Below are positions 10,817 through 21,179 of a stretch of DNA of 64,000 bases, one piece after another. The notes beneath the pieces are model-generated. The model was not told where the DNA came from. It ran no database searches and was given only the letters and a program-made list of their open reading frames with translations. This DNA comes from an uncultured delta proteobacterium (lineage in GTDB: Bacteria > Desulfobacterota > Binatia > Binatales > Binataceae), in assembly GCA_963747115.1 (NCBI GenBank), contig CAVVEB010000001.1:134554-198553 (forward strand), given 5' to 3'. The translations under genes were made by a program, and so were the position numbers. How positions within the stretch are numbered: the first letter of the stretch is position 1; every line of letters starts with the position of its first letter.

Positions 10817-11389
10817 GTGGACGGGTTGGCGGAAAAGAAGATCCGCGGGGTGGCGACGGTGGCGGTGCTGGTCCTCGGGCTCGGCGCGGCACTCATTGTC
10901 CCGGGCTGTTCGGCTTCCAACCCGCAGCCCGTCGCGCACGGCCAAGGCGCATACTCCCCCGAACGTCCTACGCGGATCTTTGCCTGGCCGGTTGAACACG
11001 GCGTCATCTCGTCCGGGTTCGGAATCCGTAACGGCACGATGCATGACGGTGTCGATATCGCGGCGCCGGTGGGAACTCCGGTGCACGCGGCCGAAGCCGG
11101 CAGGGTGATTTATTCAGGACGCCTTCGAGGTTATGGAAACGTCATTATCGTGCGCCATGACGATCATTACGTTACCGTGTACGGTCACAACTCGGCTAAC
11201 CGGGTGCGGGAGGGGCAGTATGTCTCGCGCGGCCAGGTCATCGGCAATATCGGCAACAGCGGCAGAACCACCGGCGCCAACCTGCATTTCGAAGTGCGTC
11301 GCGACAACACCGCGCGCAATCCTCTCGCCTATCTGCCGCGGCCGGATCAAACTGCCGGAATCTCCTTTGCTCGCAATACCGGCTCCTAG
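10817..11389 (+). CDS. M23 family metallopeptidase, probable lipoprotein (NlpD-like, no LysM)
   Basis: HDGVDI and LHFE Zn motifs; hydrophobic signal ending in PGC; follows pcm. Confidence 0.9.
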   Translation: MDGLAEKKIRGVATVAVLVLGLGAALIVPGCSASNPQPVAHGQGAYSPERPTRIFAWPVEHGVISSGFGIRNGTMHDGVDIAAPVGTPVHAAEAGRVIYSGRLRGYGNVIIVRHDDHYVTVYGHNSANRVREGQYVSRGQVIGNIGNSGRTTGANLHFEVRRDNTARNPLAYLPRPDQTAGISFARNTGS

Positions 11390-11454
11390 TATCTTCTGTC
11401 TTTCCTCCAATTTTCATCGCGCGGGCGGGAACGACAAGAGCGGCAGGAGCAGCA

Positions 11455-11976
11455 ATGAAAGTAGACGAGATCAAAAAACTGATTCGCGATATTCCGGATT
11501 TCCCGAAACCCGGAATCTTGTTCCGCGACATAACCCCGTTGATCGGCAATGCTCGCGGACTTGCCGCGGTAGTCGATCAACTCGCGGAGCCGTTTCTCGG
11601 TAAAGTTGACGTCGTCCTCGGTATCGAATCGCGCGGCTTCATTGTCGGCGCTCCGGTCGCGTATCGGTTAGGGGTCGGCCTTGCGATCGCGCGCAAGCCC
11701 GGCAAGCTGCCCTACAATTTCGTCGAAGAATCGTACGAGCTGGAATACGGACACGCCGAATTGCAAATGCATGAGGACTGCCTCGCGGCAAACGCGCGTG
11801 TGCTTGTCGTCGACGATCTGCTCGCCACCGGCGGAACCGCGCATGCGGCGGTGCGCCTGGTCAAGAAAATCGGTGGCGCAGTGGCAGGATGCGCTTTCGT
11901 GGTCGAGCTGAACGCGCTTCAAGGACGGGCCCGTCTGGCCCCGGTGAAAGTCACCTCGCTCGTCCAATACGACTGA
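11455..11976 (+). CDS. apt: Adenine phosphoribosyltransferase
   Basis: DFPKPGILFRDIT, GIESRGF, RKPGKLP, VDDLLATGGT. Confidence 0.97.
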   Translation: MKVDEIKKLIRDIPDFPKPGILFRDITPLIGNARGLAAVVDQLAEPFLGKVDVVLGIESRGFIVGAPVAYRLGVGLAIARKPGKLPYNFVEESYELEYGHAELQMHEDCLAANARVLVVDDLLATGGTAHAAVRLVKKIGGAVAGCAFVVELNALQGRARLAPVKVTSLVQYD

Positions 11977-12008
11977 TCCAACAGTGCGGCATTCTTGCCG
12001 ATCGAATC

Positions 12009-12923
12009 GTGAGCCCGGAGCATCTTAGCAATAGACGACGGCTGGCCGACGCGGATTCCAGACGCCTCAGAATCGTCCTGATGGCGGTGGTGGTGTATTG
12101 CGCCGCCGAATTCATCGGCGGCTACCTCACCAACAGCCTCGCGCTGATGTCCGACGCGGTCCATATGCTGACAGATATCGCGGCCCTCACTCTGGGACTG
12201 CTGACCCTGTGGATTTCCAACCGGCCCGCCACCGGCGGAAAGACCTTTGGCTATTTGCGCGCGGAAATTTTGGGCGCCTTCCTGAACGGGCTCTTCCTGT
12301 GGCTACTGGTCGTGTTCATCTGGATTGAAGCATTCCGTCGTCTGCGCGTACCGCAATCAGTGTCGGGTCTGCCGGTGATGGGAATTGCCGTGATCGGAAT
12401 GGCGGTGAACGTCTTCTCGGTCTGGATGACTTACGACGCGGGAGGTGAAGCAGGCGGCGCGGGGTTGGCGGTCCGGGCGGTTTTCGTCCACGCGATTTCA
12501 GATCTCATTGGCGTAATCGGCGTTTTCATATCGGGCGCATTGATCTATTTCACTGGATGGTCCGTCGCCGATTCAATCGTCAGCTTCGTCATTGGAGCGC
12601 TGGTGCTCTACGGGTCCTGGGGACTGATCAAAGAGGGGGTCGAGATCCTGATGGAATCCGTGCCCTCGAATATCGACCTCGATCAACTGCGCGAAGATTT
12701 GCTCGCAGTGGAAGGAACCTCCGAGGTCCACGATCTTCACGTATGGTGCCTGACCTCTCGCGAATTTGCGCTCGCCGCGCACGCGGTGGTGACTCCCGAC
12801 GCTAATCAGGACCGCGTGCTCTCGGACATGCATCAGATGCTCGAGGCCAAGTTCAAGATCCGGCATATGACGGTACAGCTCGAGCGCGACAACCGGCGCG
12901 ATCGCGAACCGGAACATTTTTGA
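12009..12923 (+). CDS. Cation diffusion facilitator (ZitB/CzcD-like)
   Basis: SLALMSDAVHMLTD, TFGYLRAEILGA, HAISD, VHDLHVW; start GTG 12009 inferred. Confidence 0.92.
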   Translation: MSPEHLSNRRRLADADSRRLRIVLMAVVVYCAAEFIGGYLTNSLALMSDAVHMLTDIAALTLGLLTLWISNRPATGGKTFGYLRAEILGAFLNGLFLWLLVVFIWIEAFRRLRVPQSVSGLPVMGIAVIGMAVNVFSVWMTYDAGGEAGGAGLAVRAVFVHAISDLIGVIGVFISGALIYFTGWSVADSIVSFVIGALVLYGSWGLIKEGVEILMESVPSNIDLDQLREDLLAVEGTSEVHDLHVWCLTSREFALAAHAVVTPDANQDRVLSDMHQMLEAKFKIRHMTVQLERDNRRDREPEHF

Positions 12924-13130
12924 GACCGTTCGGGCAGGAACACCCTCTGCAACCGCTCTTCCTCGATCAATATTTGAATCCCACGAAAATTTTCTCTTTC
13001 TACTTCATCTAACCAAAAGCCGCCTTTTTAACGCAGTATTAACCAAACGCTGCCAGACCGCGCGCCGCATATCAAAAGACACCTTCCGAGAGGACGCCGG
13101 TACCCGTAGAATGTTCTGTGAGTATTCGAG

Positions 13131-13553
13131 ATGACGACCGAAGAATTCATTCGCGAGTTCGAGTATACCGGCGACACCGGAATCGAAGTTGAAGCGCCCT
13201 CGCGCGCCGATCTGTTCGAATGCGCCGCGATCGGGCTCGCGCGAATCATGGTCGCTCCTGACGCCATCGCGTTGCGTGAATCGCGGACCATTGAAGTATA
13301 TGGCGGCTGCGACGATCACCTCATGTACGAGGCGCTCACTGACGCGCTCAATCTTTTCGTCGACGACGGCTTCATCTGGCGCGACGCATCGGTTAGGGAC
13401 TTGAGCGATGGTATCGCATTGAAACTTACCGGTGAGGTGTTTGATCGGCAAAGGCATCCGATCCTCACGGAACTCAAAGCGCTTTCCTATCGTCAGCTCA
13501 ATGTCGAACACGACCGCACTGGATGGAAGGCGCGAATCGTTTTCGACCTCTGA
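13131..13553 (+). CDS. Archease
   Basis: FEYTGD.GI, GE.FD..RH, ELKA.SY.QL and C-terminal VFDL. Confidence 0.88.
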   Translation: MTTEEFIREFEYTGDTGIEVEAPSRADLFECAAIGLARIMVAPDAIALRESRTIEVYGGCDDHLMYEALTDALNLFVDDGFIWRDASVRDLSDGIALKLTGEVFDRQRHPILTELKALSYRQLNVEHDRTGWKARIVFDL

Positions 13554-13687
13554 TCGATACGCAGTCGGGTAACCGCTCAATTCAAGACAACCCGAAACTC
13601 ATCGAATCTTCCCCGGACGCCGTAGCCGCTGGGGCTCAGCTCGAGGCGGCGAACGACGCGTTGTGGATTGCGCCGCCATTCCAGCCG

Positions 13688-14467
13688 ATGCGGGCGATCC
13701 TCGCGCTGGCATTCATCGCCAGCGGCTTCGGTCTGTACGAATATGTATTGCTGTCCTTTTGGTCGTCACCGGCGATGGGAATTCACGAACGACTTCCCTA
13801 TCCCGCTTACGCCGGAATCTCGATCGCGATGATCCTGTGCCTCGCCGGGGTTCGCGCGGCGCTCGGAGTAAGGTCGCCCCACGCGAAGCTCGGACTTGGC
13901 ATACTCGGATTCTTCGCCTGCGTGGCGGTCGGCGTGGGCGGTGGAAGATTCGTCAGCTATACCCTTCGCGGTACGCGCAATCCGCCTTTTGCCTTGGCTC
14001 TGAAGGTTGGCGATCGCTTTCCAGCATACGCACTCAAGGATCAAACTGGTTCGCTTCATCGAGGCCCGGGGTCAGGAGCGTATGGAACTCTGATGGTTGT
14101 TTATCGCGGCGACTTCGATCCCTTTGCGCGCTACGAACTCTCCGAGCTCGCCGCCCACAAGGCGGATTTGACGCGCGCCGGATTGGAGGTGGTGGCTATC
14201 AGTGCCGATACGATCGATCGCTCCACGATGCTGGCGAGATTTCTACCGATCGACTTTCCGCTCCTGAGTGACGACAAGGAATCCTTGCTGGGGCCGCTTG
14301 GACTGATTCAGCGTCATCGCGACGGCGAACCTGACAACGCAATTCCTGCATTTTTTGTTCTCGATCGCGACGGCGTAGTGCGATGGATTTTCACCTCGCC
14401 CTACTATCGCGAGATGCCATCGATCGAGCTGATTCTGGCCGCCGCCCGATCAGCTCAAAATAAGTGA
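13688..14467 (+). CDS. Membrane-anchored AhpC/TSA redoxin-fold protein lacking CxxC
   Basis: Three TM helices, then LKVGDRFP.YAL.D, VVYRGDFDPFA, VVAISAD, FPLLSD and PAFFVLDRDGVVRW; start uncertain. Confidence 0.75.
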   Translation: MRAILALAFIASGFGLYEYVLLSFWSSPAMGIHERLPYPAYAGISIAMILCLAGVRAALGVRSPHAKLGLGILGFFACVAVGVGGGRFVSYTLRGTRNPPFALALKVGDRFPAYALKDQTGSLHRGPGSGAYGTLMVVYRGDFDPFARYELSELAAHKADLTRAGLEVVAISADTIDRSTMLARFLPIDFPLLSDDKESLLGPLGLIQRHRDGEPDNAIPAFFVLDRDGVVRWIFTSPYYREMPSIELILAAARSAQNK

Positions 14468-15114
14468 TCGCGTACTTTCCTGAGCAAAAGCCGCGTCGCA
14501 TCGCCAGGTGAGTCCGCGGCAAAAACTGAAGCAATCACACCGACGCCCGATATTCCGCTACCCTGCAATTCGCGAATTCGATCGGCAGTAATTCCACCCA
14601 GCGCGTACACCGGTAGGCTGCTGGTGGCACAAGCGGCTCGTATTGCTTCAACTCCGCTGGTGGGACCATACGGGCGTTTGGAAATCGGATCGAAAACGGG
14701 TCCGAACACAGCAAAATCCGCGCCCCCTCGCGCGGCGGATTTCACCTCCTCAACATTATGAGTGGAGCATCCTATGAGCTTCGAAGGCCCTAGAAGTTCG
14801 CGAGTGTCCGCAATCGAAAACGAATCCGCGCGAAGATGCACTCCGTCCGCGTCGCACGCGAGCGCAATATCGATCCGATCATTAATGAGCAGCACCGCAT
14901 CGCGTGCCGAGCAAATCCGTCGCAACTCTCGCGCGAGTTCGAACAATTCGCGTCCACCAAGATCCTTTTCGCGAAGCTGAACTGCCACGCGGACCTGCTC
15001 GTTGTTGGCGACCGCGAGCGCCTGTTCACACGCGGCGCCCAGTCCGGACTTCGCAAGCCTGCGATCGGTAATCAGATAAAGCGAAAACGGCGCGCGAGGT
15101 TGCACAACGCTCAA
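14455..15114 (-). CDS. thiE: Thiamine phosphate synthase (ThiE/TenI family)
   Basis: LYLITD, VQLREK, LLINDRIDIA, DGVHL, STH, ALGGI. Confidence 0.9.
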   Translation of the reverse strand: MSVVQPRAPFSLYLITDRRLAKSGLGAACEQALAVANNEQVRVAVQLREKDLGGRELFELARELRRICSARDAVLLINDRIDIALACDADGVHLRADSFSIADTRELLGPSKLIGCSTHNVEEVKSAARGGADFAVFGPVFDPISKRPYGPTSGVEAIRAACATSSLPVYALGGITADRIRELQGSGISGVGVIASVFAADSPGDATRLLLRKVRDHLF

Positions 15115-15120
15115 TTGCTG

Positions 15121-15897
15121 CTATCCGATGAGACCGGCAAGCGGACTGGAAGCCGTCGCGTAAAGTCTCCGCTCGATACGGCCGGCAAGATAGGCGAGCC
15201 GTCCCGCCTCGATTCCCAGCTTCATCGCACGCGCCATCGCCAGCGGATCCTTCGCGCCCGCAATCGCCGTGTTCATCAATACGCCGTCGCATCCCAGTTC
15301 CATCGCGACCGCCGCGTCGGACGCCGTTCCGACCCCCGCATCGACGATCACCGGCACCTTCGATTGCTCGATGATGATCTTGAGGTTGTATGGATTACGA
15401 ATTCCGAGTCCCGACCCGATCGGGGCGGCCAGCGGCATCACCGCGGCGCATCCGATTTCCTGGAGCTTCTTGCACGCGACCGGATCGTCGGTGATATACG
15501 GCAGCACGACGAAACCCTCCTTCACCAGCACCTTGGCGGCGTCGATAGTGGCGGGGACGTCGGGGAAAAGTGTCTTCTCGTCGCCGATGATCTCCAGCTT
15601 TACCATCTTGCCGACACCGACCTCGCGAGCGAGGCGGCAAGTGCGAATGGCTTCCTCGGCGGTATAGCATCCGGCGGTGTTGGGCAGGATCTGCCATCGT
15701 TTCGGATCGATAAAATCCAGCAGATTTTCCTTCTTGCGATCCGTGATATTCACTCGGCGAACGGCAACCGTGACAATCTCGGCGCCGCTCTCCTCGATCG
15801 CGAGCCTGGTTTCGTGGAAGTCTTTGTACTTACCGGTTCCGACAATCAACCGCGAAGTAAAAGATTGCATTCCAATCCTGAAGGGAGTGTCGTGCAT
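15121..15897 (-). CDS. thiG: Thiazole synthase
   Basis: [39 protein letters not shown]. Confidence 0.97.
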   Translation of the reverse strand: MHDTPFRIGMQSFTSRLIVGTGKYKDFHETRLAIEESGAEIVTVAVRRVNITDRKKENLLDFIDPKRWQILPNTAGCYTAEEAIRTCRLAREVGVGKMVKLEIIGDEKTLFPDVPATIDAAKVLVKEGFVVLPYITDDPVACKKLQEIGCAAVMPLAAPIGSGLGIRNPYNLKIIIEQSKVPVIVDAGVGTASDAAVAMELGCDGVLMNTAIAGAKDPLAMARAMKLGIEAGRLAYLAGRIERRLYATASSPLAGLIG

Positions 15898-15937
15898 TTT
15901 GTTTTCCTTGAAGGCTACCGTCCGAGCCTGCCGCAGC

Positions 15938-16171
15938 TCAGCCTCCGCCGACGAAGTTTATCAGTTCGAGTTCGTCGCCCTCTTTCAGCATCAGCTTGTC
16001 GTATTCGGCCTTCGCGACGATTTGGCGATTATGTTCGACCGCGATTCTGCCCGGCTTCATTTTGAGCTTCTCGATTAAAACAATCAGCCGGGCGTCTCCT
16101 TCAATCGCATACGGTTCACCGTTGAGCTGGATCGTAGTCTTTTCAGGGTTCGGTAAATTTGCCGAGGGCAT
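15938..16171 (-). CDS. thiS: Sulfur carrier protein ThiS
   Basis: IQLNGE, IAVEHN and C-terminal FVGGG. Confidence 0.95.
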   Translation of the reverse strand: MPSANLPNPEKTTIQLNGEPYAIEGDARLIVLIEKLKMKPGRIAVEHNRQIVAKAEYDKLMLKEGDELELINFVGGG

Positions 16172-16174
16172 ATG

Positions 16175-16206
16175 AAAAGCCGCTTCCAGGCGCCGGGAAG
16201 CGGCTT
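16175..16206 (-). promoter_or_regulatory. Riboswitch expression-platform hairpin abutting the thiS start
   Basis: 11-bp stem aagccgcttcc/ggaagcggctt followed on the minus strand by TTCATATG; could hide the RBS or terminate transcription. Confidence 0.6.
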
Positions 16207-16234
16207 GGGCGGAGCCGCGATCGCTCCGTCACAC

Positions 16235-16326
16235 CAGGCCTTCCCTACGCCGGCATCACCCGGATCAGGTTCAAGGGGTCTCTCGTCAACCAAGATCTCA
16301 GTGCCTCGCGGCACACCCCCAGCCTG
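16235..16326 (-). ncRNA. TPP riboswitch
   Basis: Minus strand reads CAGGCTGGGGGTG...CTGAGA...ACCCCTTGAACCTGATCCGGGTGATGCCGGCGTAGGGAAGGCCTG, directly upstream of thiSGE. Confidence 0.95.
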
Positions 16327-16493
16327 ATCAATCTATATCGCGGGACCGCCGTACTGTCAAAAAACGCTTCGTGCTGATCTGACCTATTAACGCTTTCCAC
16401 AGAACGGTTCAGGCGCGCTTGATTGACTGTGCACGATTCGAATGGTTATCTGAATCGCTCGCCCGCAGTATCACTGATAGGAATCGCACCACG

Positions 16494-17621
16494 ATGACCG
16501 CGCGTTCGCAACGGCCCACCGTTATTGAAATCGATTTGGGCGCGCTGCGCCGCAACTACCATACGCTGCGCGCCACCGCCGGAAGCGCCGAGATGATGGT
16601 GGTAGTGAAAGCGGACGCTTACGGGCACGGCGCGGTTGCGGTAGCGCAGGCGTTGGTGGCCGAAGGCTGCCGCCACTTTGGCGTCGCGACGATATCCGAA
16701 GCCGGTCAGCTTCGCGATGTTGGCATTCGCAGCCGTATCTATTTGTTAGGGGGCTTTTTTGCCGAGCAGGCAAAAGAGATCGTGGAGCTTGATCTGACGC
16801 CTTTCGTTTTCGATGTATCGATCGTCGCGCCGCTTCAGACCGCCGCCAAGGAACTCGGCCGCCGCGATTTCCCGGTTCATCTGAAGATCGACAGCGGGGC
16901 GACGCGCCTCGGCGTGATGCCCCCGGAACTCGCGCGGGCGATCGAGGAGTTACGCGCCGCCACTTCGCTAAGGCTCGAAGGCGCGTGCACGCTGTTCGCG
17001 AATGCCGGAGATCCTGCGAGCATCGTGACCGATTCGCAATTGCGCGTTTTTAACGAAGCGCTATCGGCGCTTCGAAGTGCCGGCTTGCCGCCCACGATAG
17101 TACACGCCGCTAACTCGGCCGCATTGGTGCTCAGACCAGATTCTCATTTTACGTTGGTGCGCCCAGGACTGGCGATTTATGGCCTGCCTCCGGTACAAGC
17201 GGTGCGCGATAAAATCGATCTCACAGCAGTGATGACTTTCAAGACTCGCCTGATGCAGATCAAGCGCGCGCCCGCGGGCACTGGCGTCGGCTACGGACAT
17301 ACTTTCGTGACGCAACGTGAAAGCGTCCTCGGTATTCTGCCGGTTGGCTATGCCGACGGTTACCGCCGCGGTCTTCAAAATGGCGCCGAGACCCTGATCC
17401 GCGGATGTCGCGCGCCCGTGGTAGGCGCGGTATCGATGGATTTGTCGGTGATCGATCTTACGGAAGTGCCGGGCGTATCAGTCGGCGACGAAGTGGTATT
17501 ATGGGGGCGCAGCGGCAACGACACGATCAGCGTCAACGACGTGGCCCGCATCGCTCAAACGATCTCCTACGAGATGCTGTGTACAGTGGGCCGAAGAGTT
17601 TCGCGAATATATCTGGGATGA
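16494..17621 (+). CDS. alr: Alanine racemase
   Basis: VVKADAYGHGA PLP-lysine motif, VHLKIDSG, GYADG, TISYE. Confidence 0.96.
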   Translation: MTARSQRPTVIEIDLGALRRNYHTLRATAGSAEMMVVVKADAYGHGAVAVAQALVAEGCRHFGVATISEAGQLRDVGIRSRIYLLGGFFAEQAKEIVELDLTPFVFDVSIVAPLQTAAKELGRRDFPVHLKIDSGATRLGVMPPELARAIEELRAATSLRLEGACTLFANAGDPASIVTDSQLRVFNEALSALRSAGLPPTIVHAANSAALVLRPDSHFTLVRPGLAIYGLPPVQAVRDKIDLTAVMTFKTRLMQIKRAPAGTGVGYGHTFVTQRESVLGILPVGYADGYRRGLQNGAETLIRGCRAPVVGAVSMDLSVIDLTEVPGVSVGDEVVLWGRSGNDTISVNDVARIAQTISYEMLCTVGRRVSRIYLG

Positions 17622-19207
17622 CTGACGGTAACGGAACCAAAATGAAATCCGATAAGGTCGTTGTCAAACGAGCGCTGCTCGGGGTGTCCGACAAAACCGG
17701 ACTCGTCGATTTCGCGCGCGTGCTCGAGCGTCGCGGAGTCGAGATTATCTCCACCGGCGGCACCAAGGCCGCGCTCGAGAAAGGAGGCGTGCGAGTCAAG
17801 GCCGTCGAGGACTTCACTGGCTCACCAGAGATGCTCGACGGCCGGGTGAAGACTCTGCACCCGAAAATCCACGGCGGAATTCTCGCGCGTCGAACCGAGG
17901 CCTCGCATCAACAGCAGATGCACCGGCACGGCATCGAGCCGATCGACCTGGTGGTGGTGAATTTTTATCCGTTCGAGCAGACCGTCGCGAAGCCGAACGT
18001 CAGCCTCGAGGAGGCGATCGAAAATATCGATATCGGCGGCCCGACGCTGGTGCGCGCTGCGGCCAAAAATCATGAAGATGTCGCCGTGGTTGTGGATCCT
18101 TGCGACTACGCCGCGATCGCGCAGGAGCTCGAAGCCAACGGCGGCGCGATCACTGCGGAGACTCGATGGCGTCTGGCGCGCAAAGGCTTCGCGCGCGTCA
18201 CCGCTTACGACTGCGCGATTTCGAACTATCTCGCCACTCACACCGGCGCCGATGACGGTTCGCTCGGCGAGACCTTCAGCGTCTCGATGGAGCGCGAGCA
18301 AGGATTGCGCTACGGCGAGAACCCGCATCAGACGGGCGCGCTCTACGGCAACTTTCTGAAGATTGCCGAGCAGCTTCACGGGAAGGAACTTTCCTACAAC
18401 AACGTCATCGATATCAGCTCGGCGATAAATCTGATCATCGAATTTCAAAAAGAACCGAAAGCGGTGGTCGCGATTCTCAAGCACAACACGCCATGCGGAG
18501 TCGGCATCGGCGACACGATGAAGGCCGCATGGGACAAGGCGTTCGCGACCGATCCGGATTCGCCCTTCGGCGGCATCATCATCGCGAATCGGCCGTGGGA
18601 CCTGGAGTTCGCACGTGCAGTGGACGAACTTTTCACCGAAGTGCTAATCGGCCCTGACTACCAGCCCGGGGTGCTGGAATTTCTGCGCAAGAACAAAAAT
18701 CGCCGCGTCATGCGCTTTCATCCGGACGCGATCCATCGCGAGGAATTCGACCTCAAGCGCGTACTCGGCGGATTGCTGGTCCAGACACCCGACCTCGCGA
18801 TCGAGAATCCTCGCGAGGCCAAAGTCGTCACCAGGCGCGCACCCAACGATTCAGAGCTGCGCGCGATGGGGTTCGGGATCAAGGTCTGCAAGCACGTTAA
18901 GTCGAATGCGATCGCATTCGTAACCGAGGATCGTACGCTCGCGGTCGGTGGCGGCGCGACCTCGAGGATTGACCCGGTCTATGCCGCGCGCGAAAAGGCT
19001 GCGCGACTTAAAGTATCACTTCAAGGCTCGGTGCTGGTCTCCGAAGCGCTATTTCCGTTCCCCGACGGCCCCACTCTCGCCGCGGAAGCAGGCGCGACGG
19101 CGATCGCGCAGCCGGGCGGCGCCATGCGCGACAATAAGGTCATCGAGGCTGCCGACAAGTACGGCCTCGCGATGGTCTTCACCGGCGTGCGCCACTTCCG
19201 TCATTAG
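17618..19207 (+). CDS. purH: Bifunctional AICAR formyltransferase/IMP cyclohydrolase
   Basis: DGRVKTLHP, IDIGGP, LRYGENPHQ, C-terminal RHFRH; ATGA overlap with alr. Confidence 0.97.
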   Translation: MTDGNGTKMKSDKVVVKRALLGVSDKTGLVDFARVLERRGVEIISTGGTKAALEKGGVRVKAVEDFTGSPEMLDGRVKTLHPKIHGGILARRTEASHQQQMHRHGIEPIDLVVVNFYPFEQTVAKPNVSLEEAIENIDIGGPTLVRAAAKNHEDVAVVVDPCDYAAIAQELEANGGAITAETRWRLARKGFARVTAYDCAISNYLATHTGADDGSLGETFSVSMEREQGLRYGENPHQTGALYGNFLKIAEQLHGKELSYNNVIDISSAINLIIEFQKEPKAVVAILKHNTPCGVGIGDTMKAAWDKAFATDPDSPFGGIIIANRPWDLEFARAVDELFTEVLIGPDYQPGVLEFLRKNKNRRVMRFHPDAIHREEFDLKRVLGGLLVQTPDLAIENPREAKVVTRRAPNDSELRAMGFGIKVCKHVKSNAIAFVTEDRTLAVGGGATSRIDPVYAAREKAARLKVSLQGSVLVSEALFPFPDGPTLAAEAGATAIAQPGGAMRDNKVIEAADKYGLAMVFTGVRHFRH

Positions 19208-19216
19208 AATGACGCG

Positions 19217-20542
19217 ATGAAAGTCCTCGTTATCGGAAAGGGCGCGCGCGAGCACGCGCTGTGCTGGCGACTCCATCAGAGCCAGTCGGTGTGGGGTCTC
19301 TTCTGCGCCCCCGGCAATCCGGGAATCGACCAACTAGCGAAGCCTGTGCATATCGCGCAGAACGATTTTGCCGCGCTCGTCGCATTCGCAAAGGAAAACA
19401 AAATCGATCTCACCATCGTGGGCCCCGACGATCCGATCGCGGACGGTATCGTCGATGAATTCGAGAAGGCGGGGCTCAAGATCTTCGGGCCGACCAAAGC
19501 CGCCGCACAACTCGAGAGCAGCAAGGCCTTCGCGAAGTCGATCATGCGCGAAGCCGGGGTGCTTACTGCGGACTTTCAAGTCTTCGATGATCCAGCGGCT
19601 GCGCGCGCATATGCGAAGAGTCTTGGCGGCAAAGTTGTGGTCAAGGCCGACGGCCTCGCACTCGGAAAAGGCGTCGTCGTCTGCCGCGATCTCGAAACCG
19701 CCAACGCCGCGATTGCCGATGCGATGGAGTCGCGCAAGTTTGGCGCATCGGGCGCGCGTGTTGTGCTCGAGGAAGTTTTGCACGGCGAGGAGCTTTCCTT
19801 CTTCGCGCTGTGCAACGGCGACGACGCGACTGCGCTCGGCCTCTGCCAGGATCACAAAACTATTTTCGACGGCGACCGGGGGCCGAACACCGGTGGGATG
19901 GGCGCGTACTCTCCGGTTCCGCAGTTTCCCGCGGCGATGGAAGAGCGCCTGCTCGATGAAGTCGTACGGCCCGTGCTGCGTGTCATGAAGGCGCGCGGCA
20001 CACCCTTTCGCGGCGTGCTGTTTGTAGGCCTGATGGTCGACGGCGATCGCATCGACGTGATCGAATTCAATGTCCGCTTTGGCGATCCCGAGTGCGAAGC
20101 GATGATGATGCGCTTCGACGGCGATCTCGCGGAAACGCTGCTCGCCTGCGCGAATGGGAACCTGACCAACGCGGCGACGCGGCTTTCGCCCAAGAGCGCC
20201 GTAACTGTGATGCTCGCGTCCGGCGGTTATCCGGGCGACTATCGCAAGGGCATTCCGATCACCGGCCTCGAAAAAATCGAAGGCAGCGCACCGTCAGACG
20301 CCAAGGTGAAATGGGCGCTGGAAAAAACTCGCGTGAAGATTTTTCATGCCGGCACCGTACTTCGCGACGGTCAACTGGTGACCGATGGAGGCCGCGTGCT
20401 CGCCGTCACCGCGATTTCCGATACGCTGCGCAAGGCGGTCTCGGCAGCGTACCAGGCGGCGGATATGATCGAATTCGAAGGCAAGCATATGCGCCGCGAT
20501 ATCGCGGGCAAAGCGCTCGCCTACCTCGCGGCAAATCGCTGA
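19217..20542 (+). CDS. purD: Phosphoribosylamine-glycine ligase
   Basis: GAREHAL, KADGLALGKGV, GPNTGGMG, EFNVRFGDPE. Confidence 0.97.
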   Translation: MKVLVIGKGAREHALCWRLHQSQSVWGLFCAPGNPGIDQLAKPVHIAQNDFAALVAFAKENKIDLTIVGPDDPIADGIVDEFEKAGLKIFGPTKAAAQLESSKAFAKSIMREAGVLTADFQVFDDPAAARAYAKSLGGKVVVKADGLALGKGVVVCRDLETANAAIADAMESRKFGASGARVVLEEVLHGEELSFFALCNGDDATALGLCQDHKTIFDGDRGPNTGGMGAYSPVPQFPAAMEERLLDEVVRPVLRVMKARGTPFRGVLFVGLMVDGDRIDVIEFNVRFGDPECEAMMMRFDGDLAETLLACANGNLTNAATRLSPKSAVTVMLASGGYPGDYRKGIPITGLEKIEGSAPSDAKVKWALEKTRVKIFHAGTVLRDGQLVTDGGRVLAVTAISDTLRKAVSAAYQAADMIEFEGKHMRRDIAGKALAYLAANR

Positions 20543-20549
20543 GACATCT

Positions 20550-21179
20550 GTGTCTGCAAAGGCATTCGAAATCGACGGGGTTCACGACGCGATCGCCGCG
20601 CTGCGAGCGGGCGAACTGGTCGTATACCCGACCGAGACTTTTTATGGGATCGCCGCCGATCCGTTCTCGCCATCGGCGCTGGAGAAGTTATTCGAGATCA
20701 AGGGCCGCGATCCGCAAAAGCCGATAGCGCTGATCGCAGCCGACCTTCAAATGGCCATCGCGATCGCGACCGAGGTGCCGCCTATCGCGCTACGACTTGC
20801 CCGCGCCTTCTGGCCGGGGCCGTTGACCATCGTGCTTCCGGTACGAGACGATTTTCCGCCGCAACTCGTCGGACCCAGCGGCGGAGTCGGCATCCGCGTG
20901 TCGTCGCATCCGATTGCGCGCGCGTTGAGTTCGGGATTTGGACATCCCATTACCGCCACCAGCGCCAATCGATCGGGCGACCCACCGGTTGCGACCTTGA
21001 ACGCGGCGCGTAAATCATTAGGAGATAAAGTTAAAGTGTTCGTTGAAGGTGGAAGTTTGACCGGTTCGTCGCCAAGTACAGTAATCGTCTGCGACGCGCA
21101 CGGTTTTCGGATCATTCGCCCGGGCGCGATCGGCGAGCGCGCGATGCTTGCGGCGCTATCCGTGGGAGCGCCGCAATGA
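20550..21179 (+). CDS. tsaC: L-threonylcarbamoyladenylate synthase (TsaC/Sua5)
   Basis: YPTETFYG, KGR, FWPGPLT, TATSAN. Confidence 0.93.
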   Translation: MSAKAFEIDGVHDAIAALRAGELVVYPTETFYGIAADPFSPSALEKLFEIKGRDPQKPIALIAADLQMAIAIATEVPPIALRLARAFWPGPLTIVLPVRDDFPPQLVGPSGGVGIRVSSHPIARALSSGFGHPITATSANRSGDPPVATLNAARKSLGDKVKVFVEGGSLTGSSPSTVIVCDAHGFRIIRPGAIGERAMLAALSVGAPQ

